From Pleomorphomonas sp. (GTDB lineage Bacteria > Pseudomonadota > Alphaproteobacteria > Rhizobiales > Pleomorphomonadaceae), in contig JARKNW010000087.1 of assembly GCA_029976075.1 (NCBI GenBank), forward strand, positions 68,511 through 132,510: a stretch of DNA of 64,000 nt. Direction: 5' to 3'. The notes below the pieces were generated by a model, which saw only the letters and a program-made list of their open reading frames with translations, was not told where the DNA came from and searched no databases. Both the position numbers and the translations under genes were made by a program. The number at the start of each line of letters is the position of its first letter. The stretch's first letter is position 1. Positions 1-10,187 of the stretch are shown piece by piece.

Positions 1-711
1 GGGCCCCATGGCAAGCGGGCCGTCGTGTATCTGCTGCATGGCCTCTGCGGCCGGTCGGGCGACTATCTCGACTACACGACGCTGGCGACGTTCGCCGCCG
101 GGGGCGACGCCATCCTGGTCATGCCGGACGTGGCGCGCAGCTTCTATGCCGACATGCGCTATGGCCCCGACTACTTCGCCTATGTGGCCGACGAGCTGCC
201 GACGGTGTGCGCCGACCTCTTCAACATCGACGCCACGCGCGAGCGGACCGGGGTGGTGGGCGCCTCGATGGGCGGGTTCGGCGCGCTGCGCCTGGCGCTG
301 TCGCGGCCCGAGCGGTTCGGCTGGTGCGCGGCCTTCTCCTCGCCCTGCCTCAATCTCCGGGAAGATTTCGACCTCAAGGCGCGCGGCCTGACGGTGGAGG
401 CGCTGAAGGGCATGTGGGGCGAGCGGCTGATCAACGATTTCCAGGCCGTGCTGGGGGAGGGGCTAGACTACGACCCCCGGCTCGACGTGCCGGCGCTGGC
501 GCGCGGCCTTGAGGGGGCGAGCGTCAAGCCGCGCATCCGCACCGCCTGCGGCCTGTCGGACCCGTTCTTCCTCGCCGATAACAGGCGCTTTGCGGCGGAG
601 ATGCAAACGCTGGGCTTCGATTTCGACTACGAGGAATGGGAGGGCGGCCACGACTTCGCCTTCTTCGGCGCCGCCCTCGAGAAGGCGCTGAAGTGGGGCG
701 CCGGGCTCTGA
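1..711 (+). CDS. alpha/beta-hydrolase esterase (tributyrin esterase / S-formylglutathione hydrolase-like), 5' truncated by window edge
   Basis: Frame open from base 1; YLLHG motif, GASMGG nucleophile elbow (GxSxG), C-terminal GGHDF catalytic His. Confidence 0.85.
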   Translation, partial: GPHGKRAVVYLLHGLCGRSGDYLDYTTLATFAAGGDAILVMPDVARSFYADMRYGPDYFAYVADELPTVCADLFNIDATRERTGVVGASMGGFGALRLALSRPERFGWCAAFSSPCLNLREDFDLKARGLTVEALKGMWGERLINDFQAVLGEGLDYDPRLDVPALARGLEGASVKPRIRTACGLSDPFFLADNRRFAAEMQTLGFDFDYEEWEGGHDFAFFGAALEKALKWGAGL

Positions 712-783
712 GGGCGCGTCCGGCGGTCTCGCGCGCAGCAAAGCCTGGCTCGGTGCGCGCGGTACCCGCCGGGTCGGCTGCCG

Positions 784-1272
784 TTACCTCTGGCCCAGGA
801 TGTGTTTGTCCACGAACAGGGCGGCGAAGCCGTTGTCGCCCGACATCTTGAGCTGCGCGATCACGTCGGTGACGTTCTTCTCTTCCTCGACCTGCTCGAC
901 GACGAACCATTGCAGGAAAATCCCCGCCGCCACGTCGGCTTCCTTGGCCGCCAGCCCATAGAGGGCGTTGATCGATGCCGTGACCTTCTGTTCATGCGCC
1001 AGCACCTGCTGGAACACCTCCAGCGGCTTGCCGAACGCCACCGGCGGCTGCTCGATCGCCGACAGTTCGACCTTGCCGCCGCGATCGTAGACGTAATCCC
1101 ACAGCTTCATGGCGTGGCCGCGTTCCTCGTCCGACTGTTTCTTCATCCAGGATGCGAAGCCCGGCAGGTTCGCGGCTTCGAAATGGGCGGCCATCGCAAG
1201 ATACAGATACGAGGAATAGAACTCTTTCTGGATCTGCTCGTTGAAGCCGGTCTGGAGGGCGTTGCTCAGCAT
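784..1272 (-). CDS. ftnA: non-heme ferritin
   Basis: MLSNALQTGFNEQIQKEFYSSYLYLAMA...EERGHAMK...HEQKVT...FLQWFVVEQVEEE ferroxidase pattern; GAAGGAG RBS upstream. Confidence 0.92.
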   Translation of the reverse strand: MLSNALQTGFNEQIQKEFYSSYLYLAMAAHFEAANLPGFASWMKKQSDEERGHAMKLWDYVYDRGGKVELSAIEQPPVAFGKPLEVFQQVLAHEQKVTASINALYGLAAKEADVAAGIFLQWFVVEQVEEEKNVTDVIAQLKMSGDNGFAALFVDKHILGQR

Positions 1273-1604
1273 CTTGACTGCTCCTTCACTGTCCCGATCT
1301 GCCACTGAGGTTTCAACCAGCAGCGGCTGTTCCAGGCATCGATTGGGTTTACGCCTTGCGGCGCGGTGCGAGCAAACACGGGATCGCCGGAGAGGGTTTC
1401 CACTCACGGCACGACCATGAGTTGAGGCCGGCTCGCCGACATGGTCGATATGCGGCGACGTTTCCCGAGGATTCATCCCGTTCCGAGTTCGCTTCCGGCT
1501 TGGTTTTGTCCCGACGGAGTGGGAAGGTTGCCGCAAACTCGGCTTGGGTGCCATCTCTCACCCCTCGCCATAGCTCTCCGCCCCACGCCTTCGGGAGACA
1601 GACA

Positions 1605-1901
1605 ATGACTGCACCCATCAAGATCATGGCGATCCTTTCCGCCCGCCCGGGCAAGGCAGCCGAACTCAGGGCGCTGCTCGACACCATGGTGGCCGCCAGC
1701 CGGACCGAGACCGGCAACCTGCGCTACGACCTCTGGGTCGATCAGGCCAACGACGCCCGCTTCGTGCTCGACGAACTCTATGTCGATGATGCCGCCGTCG
1801 CCGCGCACCGCGTCACGCCGCACTTCCAGGCCTATCTGGCCGCCATCGGCGATCTCGCCGAGCGGACCGCCGTCACCCTGCGCGGGCTCGCGGTGGCCTG
1901 A
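1605..1901 (+). CDS. antibiotic biosynthesis monooxygenase (ABM) / putative quinol monooxygenase
   Basis: 98 aa, ARPGK...SRTETGNLRYDL...FVLDELY...AHRVTPHF; GGGAG RBS. Confidence 0.85.
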   Translation: MTAPIKIMAILSARPGKAAELRALLDTMVAASRTETGNLRYDLWVDQANDARFVLDELYVDDAAVAAHRVTPHFQAYLAAIGDLAERTAVTLRGLAVA

Positions 1902-1938
1902 CAGGCGATGACGCGCCGCTGGCAGTTGCCTGCGCGCC

Positions 1939-2748
1939 TCACCCCTCGCCATACCTTTCCGCCATGTAGCGCCCCGGCGAGGTGCCCAGCGTTTTGCGGA
2001 ACATGGTGACGAAGCTCGGCACGCTTTCGTAGCCGAGGTCGGCGGCGACTTGCTGGATGGAGGCGCCGGCGGCCAGCCACTTGACCGCCAGCATGACGGC
2101 GAGCTGCTGGCGCCAGCGGCCGAAGCTCATGCCGGTCTGCTCGACGATGCGGCGGGCCAGCGTGCGCTCGCTGAGGCCGGCGCGCCTGGCCCAGACGTCC
2201 AGCGTCGCCCGGTCGTCCGGGGCGGCCATCACCGCTTCGGCGAGGCGCCGCAGCTGGGGATCGGCGGGCATCGGCAGGTGAAGATCCTCGATGCTCGCCA
2301 CGGCGATCTCGTCGAGCAGCACCGCCAGCAGGCGGGCGTTCGGCCCGCTCTCCTCATAGAGTTGCGGCAGCCGCGCGGCGCGGCGCAAGAGCTCGCGCAA
2401 CAGCGGCGACACCGTCACCGCGCAGCAGGTGCGGGGCAGGGACTGGCTGACGGCGGGGGCGATGAAGGCATTGTAGCCTTCGAGCGGGCCGCTCATGCGG
2501 ACCGAATGATGGGCGCCATCGGGAATCCAGACGGCGCTGCCGGGCGGCACGATCCACAGCCCGCCCTCCACCTCGCAGGTGAGCGCGCCGCGCTGCACCA
2601 GGATGACCTGCCCCTTGGTGTGGCTGTGCGGCGGCAGCTCCAGCCCGTCGAACTTTTCGGCCACGAAGCCGTAGATCACCACCGGCCGGGGCACGGCATC
2701 CGGGTCGATCCAGTCTTCATGCTTGTGGTGTTCGGTGAGGATGGGCAT
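1939..2748 (-). CDS. AraC-family transcriptional regulator with cupin sensor
   Basis: PPHSH/WIVPP cupin N-terminus; SERTLARR...GMSFGRWRQQ...DLGYESVPSFVTMFRKTLGTSPGRY HTH. Confidence 0.9.
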   Translation of the reverse strand: MPILTEHHKHEDWIDPDAVPRPVVIYGFVAEKFDGLELPPHSHTKGQVILVQRGALTCEVEGGLWIVPPGSAVWIPDGAHHSVRMSGPLEGYNAFIAPAVSQSLPRTCCAVTVSPLLRELLRRAARLPQLYEESGPNARLLAVLLDEIAVASIEDLHLPMPADPQLRRLAEAVMAAPDDRATLDVWARRAGLSERTLARRIVEQTGMSFGRWRQQLAVMLAVKWLAAGASIQQVAADLGYESVPSFVTMFRKTLGTSPGRYMAERYGEG

Positions 2749-2876
2749 GGCGGCATGGTCGCCCATCGGCGTGGTTTTGGCAATATCGAATAATAATCTG
2801 TCCGGGCTTCGTAATGACGCCACGGCCGTCCGTCGCTACTTATTCGCAAGTAGCTGAGATCTGCGAGAGAACGGCC

Positions 2877-3566
2877 ATGAATGCACTGATCCAAACCCCC
2901 GCCGCCAGCGCGCTGGAGCGGCTGCACAGGGTTGCCGAAGCCTCCGACCGCGAGCTGAAGGAAACCAGGATGGCCCATTTGGCAAGCGGGTCGGCCGGCC
3001 AGGCGATCGCCGACCTCCTGGCCGAGGACGCCGCCGACTACAAGGGCGTTTCCCATCGCTATGCCGGCAACTTCCTGTCGGTCTCGCCGGCCTACGGGCG
3101 CTTTCTCTACATGATGGCGCGCTCGGTCCGGGCACGGCGGATCGTCGAGTTCGGCTCGTCGATGGCGGTGTCGACCATCTATCTCGCCTCCGCCATCCGC
3201 GACAATGGCGGCGGCAAGCTGATCGGCAGCGAGCTCGAGCCGTCGAAGGTGATGCGGGCGCAGTTCCACCTCGGCGCCGCCGGGCTGGGCGACCTGGTGG
3301 AGATCCGCGAGGGCGATGCGCTGGAGACGCTGAAGGACGTGGGCGGCGAGGTCGACCTGTTGCTGCTCGACGGCTCCTTCTCGCTCTACCTGCCGGTGCT
3401 GAAGCTGGTGGAGCCGTGGCTCAAGCCCGGCGCGCCGGTGCTGGCGGAGAACGCCTTCGCGGCCGATTTCCTCGCCTATGTGGGCGACCCCGCCAACGGC
3501 TACCTGTCGCTGCCGCTGCCGATCGACCGGGGGCGGGGCAACGTGTTTTCCGTGAGGGTTGCGTGA
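2877..3566 (+). CDS. O-methyltransferase (Methyltransf_3/24-like)
   Basis: GRFLYMMAR...RIVEFGSS...STIYLA...GDALETL...VDLLLLDG...LKPGA. Confidence 0.85.
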   Translation: MNALIQTPAASALERLHRVAEASDRELKETRMAHLASGSAGQAIADLLAEDAADYKGVSHRYAGNFLSVSPAYGRFLYMMARSVRARRIVEFGSSMAVSTIYLASAIRDNGGGKLIGSELEPSKVMRAQFHLGAAGLGDLVEIREGDALETLKDVGGEVDLLLLDGSFSLYLPVLKLVEPWLKPGAPVLAENAFAADFLAYVGDPANGYLSLPLPIDRGRGNVFSVRVA

Positions 3567-4306
3567 TGACCATCGAACAAGTGCCCGCTTCTCCCGCTGA
3601 GGCGCCCGGCCGGTTGGGCCGCACCCTGATCCGCCTGATCATGAAGCACGCGAGGGTGGCGGCAAACGAGGCGCTCGGCGACCGCTACCGGCTGGTCACC
3701 CTGGAGGGGCCGGATCTCCGGGGCGTCCAATGGATCGCCGGCGAGTTCATCCAGCTCGCCATGGGCTCGGCCTTCCGGGCGCGCGCCTATACGCCGATCG
3801 ATTGGGACGCGGCGGCCGGCCGCATGCGCCTCCTCGGCTATCTGCACGGCGGCGGCCCCGGCAGCGCCTGGGTGGGCGGCGTCCGGCCCGGCGACGAATG
3901 CGACTTCTTCGGCCCGCGCCGCTCGCTGGATGTGCGCCACGTCGCCGGCCCCATCGTGTTCTGCGGCGACGAGACGGCGGTCGGCCTTGCCCATGCGCTG
4001 ATCCGCGAGAATCCGTCGCGGCGCGTCACCTGCCGTTTCGAGGTGGACGATGCGGCGGATGGCCGCGCGGCGGCGGCGGGGCTCGGCATCGGCGCCGCCA
4101 CCACCTTCTACGCGCGCCAGCCGGGCGACGGGCATCTTGCCGCCCTGGAGGAGGGCCTTGCCGACGGCGGCAACGCCCATTTCGTGCTGACCGGCAAGGT
4201 CGGCACCGTCCAGCGGCTGAGGCAAACGCTGCGGCAGCGGGGCGTCGCCTCGGCGCGCATCCTGCCCAAGGCCTATTGGGCGCCGGGCAAGGCGGGTCTC
4301 GACTGA
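3566..4306 (+). CDS. siderophore-interacting protein (FAD-binding ferric reductase, ViuB/YqjH-like)
   Basis: RAYT, HGGGPGSAW, GDETA and KAYW motifs; TGATG overlap with upstream gene. Confidence 0.85.
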   Translation: MTIEQVPASPAEAPGRLGRTLIRLIMKHARVAANEALGDRYRLVTLEGPDLRGVQWIAGEFIQLAMGSAFRARAYTPIDWDAAAGRMRLLGYLHGGGPGSAWVGGVRPGDECDFFGPRRSLDVRHVAGPIVFCGDETAVGLAHALIRENPSRRVTCRFEVDDAADGRAAAAGLGIGAATTFYARQPGDGHLAALEEGLADGGNAHFVLTGKVGTVQRLRQTLRQRGVASARILPKAYWAPGKAGLD

Positions 4307-4308
4307 CC

Positions 4309-4971
4309 GTGAACGAGGTGTCTCTCCTCCAGGATGTGCCCGATGGCGCCTGCGACGCCGACGTGCCGGGCCTTGCCGACCTCCATCGCAGGGTCCTGCT
4401 GCTGCTGGCCGAGCACGCGCCGCCAGAGGCCGAGATCCTGGTTGCCGATGACAGTGACGGCCAGTTGCTGAAGGCCCTTGCCGAGGCGCGGCCGGCGTGG
4501 CGGCTCCTCGCCGTCGATCCGTCGGCGGCACGGCTGGAGCTCATGCGGCGGACGCTCGGCGATCCGGCGCCAGGGGCCCGCCTGCTGCGCGGCGGCATCG
4601 ACGAGGCGCCGGGCGGCCCGTTCGGCGGCGCGGCCTTGCTGTTCACCCTGCATTTCCTCGATGTCGAGGAGCGGCTTGCGGCGCTCAAAGCCCTGAAGCG
4701 ACGGCTGCGGCCCGGCGCCGCGCTGGTGGTGGCCCACCACAGCTGCCCTGATGGCGGCGATCTCTGGTCCTGGCTCGCGCGCTCCCTGGCGTTCGCCGAC
4801 CGCGAGGTCGGCGATCTCGACCGGGCATCGGCCGCCGCCGAGGCGATGATGGCGCGCCTGCCCATCCTGTCGTCGGAGGAAGACGAAGGGCTGCTCTATC
4901 GCGCCGGCTTCTCGGAAGTGACGCTGTTCTACGCCGCCTTCAGCGTCCGCGGCTGGGTCGCCTTCGCCTGA
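4309..4971 (+). CDS. class I SAM-dependent methyltransferase (SAM motif degenerate)
   Basis: VPGLADLHR...AVDPSA...LHFL...RRLRPGAALVVAH...LFYAAFSVRGWVA; usual VGAGGG reads ADDSDG. Confidence 0.7.
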   Translation: MNEVSLLQDVPDGACDADVPGLADLHRRVLLLLAEHAPPEAEILVADDSDGQLLKALAEARPAWRLLAVDPSAARLELMRRTLGDPAPGARLLRGGIDEAPGGPFGGAALLFTLHFLDVEERLAALKALKRRLRPGAALVVAHHSCPDGGDLWSWLARSLAFADREVGDLDRASAAAEAMMARLPILSSEEDEGLLYRAGFSEVTLFYAAFSVRGWVAFA

Positions 4972-5003
4972 CCTCTCGGCCAGGCGACCGATCGGGCCGT
5001 TCC

Positions 5004-5573
5004 TCAGCCAGCGATGGTCTTGAGCATCGACGACTGGATGGCCGCGTCGATGGCTTGCGCTTCCATGGCGTTTTTCAGAAGCGGGGTGTCGCAGCCGTTG
5101 TCGCGCAGCCAGCGGGCAAGGATCTCCGCCCGGTCCTTGCGGTCGCGGCAGAGCTCGGTGGCGAGCCGCAGTTCCGGCGCCACCACCGCGACGCGCCGGT
5201 CGCCGACGGCGATCTCGGCGAAGTGCGTCCAGGGGCCGCTGCCGATCGCCTCGATGAAGCCGGACTCCGTTGGGGACTCGACGGTGCTGGCATCGACCTG
5301 CACGCCGTCCACCTCGAACGCCGCATAATACTGCCCGCAACACGCCATCCAGGTTGGTGGGGTCAGGCAGCGGTGAGCGGTGAGCGCTTGGGCGAAAGTG
5401 TCGATATCGGCTCGGTCACGGGCCAGAAAGTCCACGTCGGCGGCCGGGATCGGCACCCCGCGCAGCAGGTCGGCGGCGGTGCCGATCAGGCGGTAGCTGA
5501 AGCCGCCCTGCTGTTCCCACAGGCCGAGCACGGTGGTGAGCGTGTCGCGCAATTGCGCCGTAGTCAGCGTCAT
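5004..5573 (-). CDS. putative nucleotidyltransferase-fold protein
   Basis: YRLIGTAADLLRGV...ADVDFL resembles G[ST]...DxD pol-beta NTase motif. Confidence 0.55.
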   Translation of the reverse strand: MTLTTAQLRDTLTTVLGLWEQQGGFSYRLIGTAADLLRGVPIPAADVDFLARDRADIDTFAQALTAHRCLTPPTWMACCGQYYAAFEVDGVQVDASTVESPTESGFIEAIGSGPWTHFAEIAVGDRRVAVVAPELRLATELCRDRKDRAEILARWLRDNGCDTPLLKNAMEAQAIDAAIQSSMLKTIAG

Positions 5574-5770
5574 GAACCGGTTCCTCCCATGGCAGCCTAA
5601 CAGGGTTGCAGCGCGGTGCGCTTCTGTACTTTTGCGTGCGCTGGGGGCTATCGGCCGGGAGTGTCGTTCTAGCGAGGTCACCTTGAAGTCGCGCGCGACT
5701 TCAAGAGGTCTGCGCCTGGATGACGGCGTGGTCGTGGTGAGGCGCCCGATAACCGCCTCCCACGTTCTTG

Positions 5771-5800
5771 TCCCGAGGTCCTGGCCTTCGCCAGGATGAC
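5771..5800. repeat. REP family A hairpin (single arm)
   Basis: CCCGAGGTCCTGGC-CTTC-GCCAGGATGAC. Confidence 0.8.
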
Positions 5801-5892
5801 GGGAAAATGATATATAAGACAATCTGTTAGGTTGGCGCCCGGTCCTATCACGCTGTCATCCAGGCTAGGTGGACGAGGGGGCTCATTGCCCC

Positions 5893-6195
5893 TCACGCCT
5901 CCATCACGCCGCGCTCGTTCCCGGCATCGTATTTCCTGACATCCCCGCGCATCCGGCCCTGCCAGCGCGTGACGAAGGCCCGGGTGTCGGGCGCCTCGAG
6001 GTGGGCGGTGAGCGACGGCTGGTCTTGCCAGCGCTCGACGACCAGCAGGCGGCTGGGCTCTGTGGTGTCGCGGCCGACGGCATAAGCGAGGTTGCCGGCG
6101 CGCTGGCGGCTCACCTCGGCCAGCGCCGTGAGGTCGGCGGCGAAGAGTTCGAGGTCGGGCAGATCGACCTCGACCGTGCCGGTGACGATGATCAT
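5893..6195 (-). CDS. ABM-family monooxygenase
   Basis: MIIVTGTV...SRQRAGNLAYAV...LVVERW...AHLEAP. Confidence 0.85.
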   Translation of the reverse strand: MIIVTGTVEVDLPDLELFAADLTALAEVSRQRAGNLAYAVGRDTTEPSRLLVVERWQDQPSLTAHLEAPDTRAFVTRWQGRMRGDVRKYDAGNERGVMEA

Positions 6196-6222
6196 GGCGG
6201 GTTTCCTCAGTTATCTTTGTCA

Positions 6223-6272
6223 AGGCGCAGTTCCCTGGCTCAAAACCGGTTCCCACTTTTGCTGGAACTGCT
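6223..6272. repeat. repeat family C (RIME/Bru-RS-like palindrome)
   Basis: GCAGTTCC...CAAAACCGGTTCCCACTTTTGCTGGAACTGC; near-identical copy at 59275-59326. Confidence 0.8.
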
Positions 6273-6279
6273 TTCTCGG

Positions 6280-7296
6280 TCAGTCGACGGTCAGGACGAT
6301 CTTGCCCTGGATGTTGCCGCGGGCGGCGCGCTCGTGCGCCTTGGCGGCGTCGGCCAGCGGGAAGGTGCTGTCGATGACGACGCGCAATGTGCCGTCGTCG
6401 AACAGTCGGGCGGCCTCCGTGAGCTGGGCGCCGTTCGAGCGCACCTGCGTGGTGGAGACGGTGATGCCCAGCGCCTCGGCGTCGGCCTCACCGGTGAAGC
6501 CGAGCGGATAGACCGGGTAGAGGACGCCGCCGCGCTTCAGCACCTTGAGGAAACGGCCGGTGGCCGCGCCGCCCACCGTGTCGAGCACCACGTCGACATC
6601 GCGCACCACCTCGTCGGCGGCCGTCGTCTGGTAGTCGATGAACTGGTCGGCGCCGAGCTCGGTCATCAACTGCCGGTTCTGGGTGGAGGCAACGGCGATG
6701 ACGCGGGCGCCCTGCCATTTGGCGAGCTGCACGGCGAGATGGCCGACGCCGCCACCGGCGCCGTTGACCAGCACCGTCTTGCCGTTGAGTGGCACGGGCG
6801 CATGCGGGAAGGGCTGGAACGGGTTGGGCGCGTCGTGGCCGAGGGCGATCAGGAACTGCCAGGCGGTGAGCAGCGACATCGGCGCGCCGGCCGCCTGGAT
6901 CGGATCGATGCCCTCGGGTTTCAAGGCCAGATGGGCGACGGGCACGCTGACATATTCGGCGTAGGCCTTGCCGCCTTCCATGACATCGTCGGGGAAGCGC
7001 ACCATGGCGTAGACATCATCGCCGACGCTGAAGCCGGTGACGCCCTCGCCAAGCGCCGCGACGGTGCCGGAGATGTCCGACCCCAGGATCAGCGGGAAGG
7101 TCGGTTGCGGCTGCCACTCGGGCGGCAGCGAACGGTAGCCGTCGCGCAGGTACCAGTCGGGCGGGTTGAGGCCGATGGCGCGGGTGCGCACCAGCACCTC
7201 GCCTGCCGCCGGGGTAGGGCGCGGGGCGTCCTCGTAGCGCAACACCTCGGGGCCACCGAATGCGTGGAGGCGAACCGCCTTCATCATCTCGCTCAT
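6280..7296 (-). CDS. NADP-dependent quinone oxidoreductase (MDR, zeta-crystallin-like)
   Basis: [15 protein letters not shown]...GLNPPDW...[19 protein letters not shown]...GKIVL. Confidence 0.92.
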   Translation of the reverse strand: MSEMMKAVRLHAFGGPEVLRYEDAPRPTPAAGEVLVRTRAIGLNPPDWYLRDGYRSLPPEWQPQPTFPLILGSDISGTVAALGEGVTGFSVGDDVYAMVRFPDDVMEGGKAYAEYVSVPVAHLALKPEGIDPIQAAGAPMSLLTAWQFLIALGHDAPNPFQPFPHAPVPLNGKTVLVNGAGGGVGHLAVQLAKWQGARVIAVASTQNRQLMTELGADQFIDYQTTAADEVVRDVDVVLDTVGGAATGRFLKVLKRGGVLYPVYPLGFTGEADAEALGITVSTTQVRSNGAQLTEAARLFDDGTLRVVIDSTFPLADAAKAHERAARGNIQGKIVLTVD

Positions 7297-7387
7297 GTCG
7301 TTCTCCTTTGGGAGTGTGTCGGGTGAGGGAGATGTGGCAGCTTGCATCGGGATTGATAATGCCGGCAATATTCGCTTTAGTTGTTCC

Positions 7388-8290
7388 ATGAAGGAACAAA
7401 TCGCCCTGGAACGGCTGACCGGCCTGATCGCCTTTGCCCGCGTCGGCTCGCTGGGCAGCTTCACGGCGGCGGCGAGGTCGCTGTCGGTGTCGCCATCGGC
7501 GGTCAGCAAGAGCGTGCGCCGGCTGGAAGAGACGCTGGGCATCGCGCTGATCTCCCGCACCACCCGCTCGCTGACGCTGACCGCCGAGGGGCGCGACCTG
7601 CACGAGCGGGCGCTGCGCCTGCTGCGCGATGCCGAGGCGATCGAGGAGGTGGCGAAGACGGCGCGGGCCGAGCCGTCGGGCACGCTCCGGATCGCCGCTT
7701 CGCTGCCGATCGGCATCCATGTGATCGCGCCGGTGCTGCCGGCCTTCCGCGCGCTGCACCCCAAGGTGACGATCGACCTGCGCCTCAGCGACCAGTTCGT
7801 CGACATGATCGAGGAGGGCATCGACGTCGCCGTGCGCATCGGCGATCTCGCCGATTCAAGGCTGCTGTCGCGCCGCCTGGGGCCGCATCGCTTCTGCTGC
7901 TTTGCCAGCCCCGCCTATCTCGCGGCGCGCGGCACGCCGCAGCACCCCGACGATCTCGCCGGGCACGACACCGTCAACCTTCGCTACCAGAGCAGCGGCC
8001 AGCTGCTGCGCTGGCCGTTCCGCGTCGGCGACCGCGATATCGAGATCCTCCCGCCCTCGGCCATCGTGATGGACGTGAGCGAGGCGCTGATGGCGGCGCT
8101 GGTGGCTGGCGGCGGCATCGGCATCAGCGCCGATTTCATCGCGGCGCCCTTCGTGGCGCGCGGCGAACTGGTGCCGGTGCTCGCCGAGCACGCCGTCATC
8201 CGGCACAACATCACCGCGCTCTGGCCGGAAAGCCGCCGGGCCAACCCGGCCGTGCGGGCGTTCGTCGCGCATCTGCAGGGGGCGGCTTGA
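7388..8290 (+). CDS. LysR-family regulator (CrgA-like), divergent from oxidoreductase
   Basis: [10 protein letters not shown]...[15 protein letters not shown]...RTTRSL; [14 protein letters not shown]. Confidence 0.92.
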   Translation: MKEQIALERLTGLIAFARVGSLGSFTAAARSLSVSPSAVSKSVRRLEETLGIALISRTTRSLTLTAEGRDLHERALRLLRDAEAIEEVAKTARAEPSGTLRIAASLPIGIHVIAPVLPAFRALHPKVTIDLRLSDQFVDMIEEGIDVAVRIGDLADSRLLSRRLGPHRFCCFASPAYLAARGTPQHPDDLAGHDTVNLRYQSSGQLLRWPFRVGDRDIEILPPSAIVMDVSEALMAALVAGGGIGISADFIAAPFVARGELVPVLAEHAVIRHNITALWPESRRANPAVRAFVAHLQGAA

Positions 8291-8469
8291 GAGGCGGCGG
8301 GGCACCCCTCAGATGGAATGTTCTGGGCGAACCCCTCAGGGTTGCGGAATCCGGTGGCAAAACGCGGCCGTCCCTGTCAGCCTTGCCCGGTGATCCGGGC
8401 GGAGGATTCGCGGGGGGGCGATCATCTGTCCGCAAGGCGGCGCCGGCGCCGGGGCAACGGAGGAAACCC

Positions 8470-8784
8470 GTGTATTTTCTCAGAAACTGGGTATTGCCGA
8501 TGTTGCTGGCCGTGCTGGGAGCCGTGCTGGGCCTCATCGTCACGGGGCTGCCGGGGCTCAACATCGTTCAGACCGTCGATGGCAAGCCGGCGCCCGGCGG
8601 ATACATCGCCGAGGCGGATCTGGTCAACCTGCTTGCCGAGGGCAAGAAGGTCGGCAGCTACATCGACTTCTATGGCGTGCAGCTTGCCGGCGATCCGCGC
8701 TATTGGCTGATGGGAACCGTGGTGGTGTTTGCCCTCGCCGGCTATCTCATCGGCAGGCGGTTCAGGCGTTCGCCGGACGCCTGA
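8470..8784 (+). CDS. hypothetical two-TM membrane protein
   Basis: GGAGG RBS + GTG; two hydrophobic segments; host-like codon usage. Confidence 0.6.
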   Translation: MYFLRNWVLPMLLAVLGAVLGLIVTGLPGLNIVQTVDGKPAPGGYIAEADLVNLLAEGKKVGSYIDFYGVQLAGDPRYWLMGTVVVFALAGYLIGRRFRRSPDA

Positions 8785-8799
8785 CGGGCGCCGGCCGGT

Positions 8800-9324
8800 T
8801 CAGGCCACGCGCTTAGACAGCAGCAGCGCCCGGATGTGCAGCAGCCAGAAGGCCACCGTCAGCTCGACGAGCGGCGACACTTGCAGGGCGGGGCGGCGCA
8901 TCACCGCCGATACCAGATCGGCCGAGCCGGTGCAGTCGGACGACACGGTCTGCGGCACCATGATCTGCCAGAGATAGCGCACCACGTCGAACAGCAGCGG
9001 CACGACCACCACCAGCATGACGAGGGTGACGCCGATGTTCTTGGATGGCTTGCCGAGGTCGATCTTGAACACCGGCGCGCCCGACTGCCGGCCACGGATG
9101 AGCACGAAGGCCACCGCCGCCGAGATCAGCGCCACCAGAACGGTCCAGGGCAGAAGCAGGCCGTTCAGCGCCTCGTCGAGCATTTCCGAACTGGTGCATT
9201 CGGGGTTCGGTGCGAACCAGGCGGGTGCCATGGCCATGTCGATCAGCTTGGCCGGCAGCAGGCACCACATGAAAGCGAACCCGGTCAGCCAATAGACGAC
9301 CTGGTTGTTGGATGTTTTCAGCAC
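8800..9324 (-). CDS. hypothetical 4-TM membrane protein
   Basis: GAGGGG RBS + GTG; four hydrophobic stretches, two loop cysteines. Confidence 0.65.
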   Translation of the reverse strand: MLKTSNNQVVYWLTGFAFMWCLLPAKLIDMAMAPAWFAPNPECTSSEMLDEALNGLLLPWTVLVALISAAVAFVLIRGRQSGAPVFKIDLGKPSKNIGVTLVMLVVVVPLLFDVVRYLWQIMVPQTVSSDCTGSADLVSAVMRRPALQVSPLVELTVAFWLLHIRALLLSKRVA

Positions 9325-9484
9325 GGTATCCCCTCGGCCCCCGCCGGCCGCATTCTTGGCATTGCCAATTATGATTGGCAAGGGCGCCGAAGGGGGAGGC
9401 AGGTGCATATCGAGAGATTGGGGCGTTTGGCTTGATCCTTGGCGAGGGCCGGAGACCAAGGGTCATCTCCAATGCATCCCGGCA

Positions 9485-10087
9485 TCACCGGGCGATGATC
9501 CGGCGCACGGCTTCGACGGCGAGGTCGGCGCTGGCGGCGATCGCCTCCTCGGTGGGGGCATCGGTGGCGCCGACGATCTGCCAGACGTGGCTTTCGCCGA
9601 CCAGCACGCCGAAGAAGGCGCGCATGGCGAGCGTCGCATCCTCGGGCCTCAGCACGCCCGCCGCGATGGCCTTGCCGACGAAGGTCCGCACCGAGGCATT
9701 CACCGGCCCGGCGCCGGCCTCGCTGATCGCCTTGCCCAGCTCGTTGACGCGCCCGGCTTCCGAGGCGGCGAGGCGGAACAGGGCGGTGCGGTGCGGCTGG
9801 CAGAGATCGGCGGCAAAGCGCCGGCCGAACTTGCCGAGCAGATCGAGGAAGGCGTCCAGCGTGTCGGGGCTGCCGAGGTCGTCGGCGAACGGCAGCGTGG
9901 TGGAATAGGCGCGCACCATGGCCGAGAGCAGCCCCTCCTTGCTCTCGAAGTGATCGTAGAGATCGCGCTTGGAGACGCGGGCCAGCCTGGCGATCTCCGC
10001 CGTGGTCGCCCCGGAAAAGCCCTTGGTGGCAAACACATGGGCCGCCGCGTCCAGGATGGCTGTTCGTCGTTCTTCGTCGCTTGTCAC
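9485..10087 (-). CDS. TetR/AcrR-family regulator
   Basis: ILDAAAHVFATKGFSGATTAEIARLARVSKRDLYDHFESKEGL. Confidence 0.9.
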   Translation of the reverse strand: MTSDEERRTAILDAAAHVFATKGFSGATTAEIARLARVSKRDLYDHFESKEGLLSAMVRAYSTTLPFADDLGSPDTLDAFLDLLGKFGRRFAADLCQPHRTALFRLAASEAGRVNELGKAISEAGAGPVNASVRTFVGKAIAAGVLRPEDATLAMRAFFGVLVGESHVWQIVGATDAPTEEAIAASADLAVEAVRRIIAR

Positions 10088-10112
10088 GGCGGTCTCGTCG
10101 CTCCCGATTTTC

Positions 10113-10166
10113 TGGTACCCATCGGTACCAAGTCGTGCTATAGCCATTTGGTACCACGCAGTACCA
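10113..10166. promoter_or_regulatory. two 18-bp TetR operator palindromes
   Basis: TGGTACC-CATC-GGTACCA (10113-10130) and TGGTAC-CACGCA-GTACCA (10149-10166) between divergent genes. Confidence 0.75.
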
Positions 10167-10187
10167 AACTTTTCGAGCGGTCATTTC

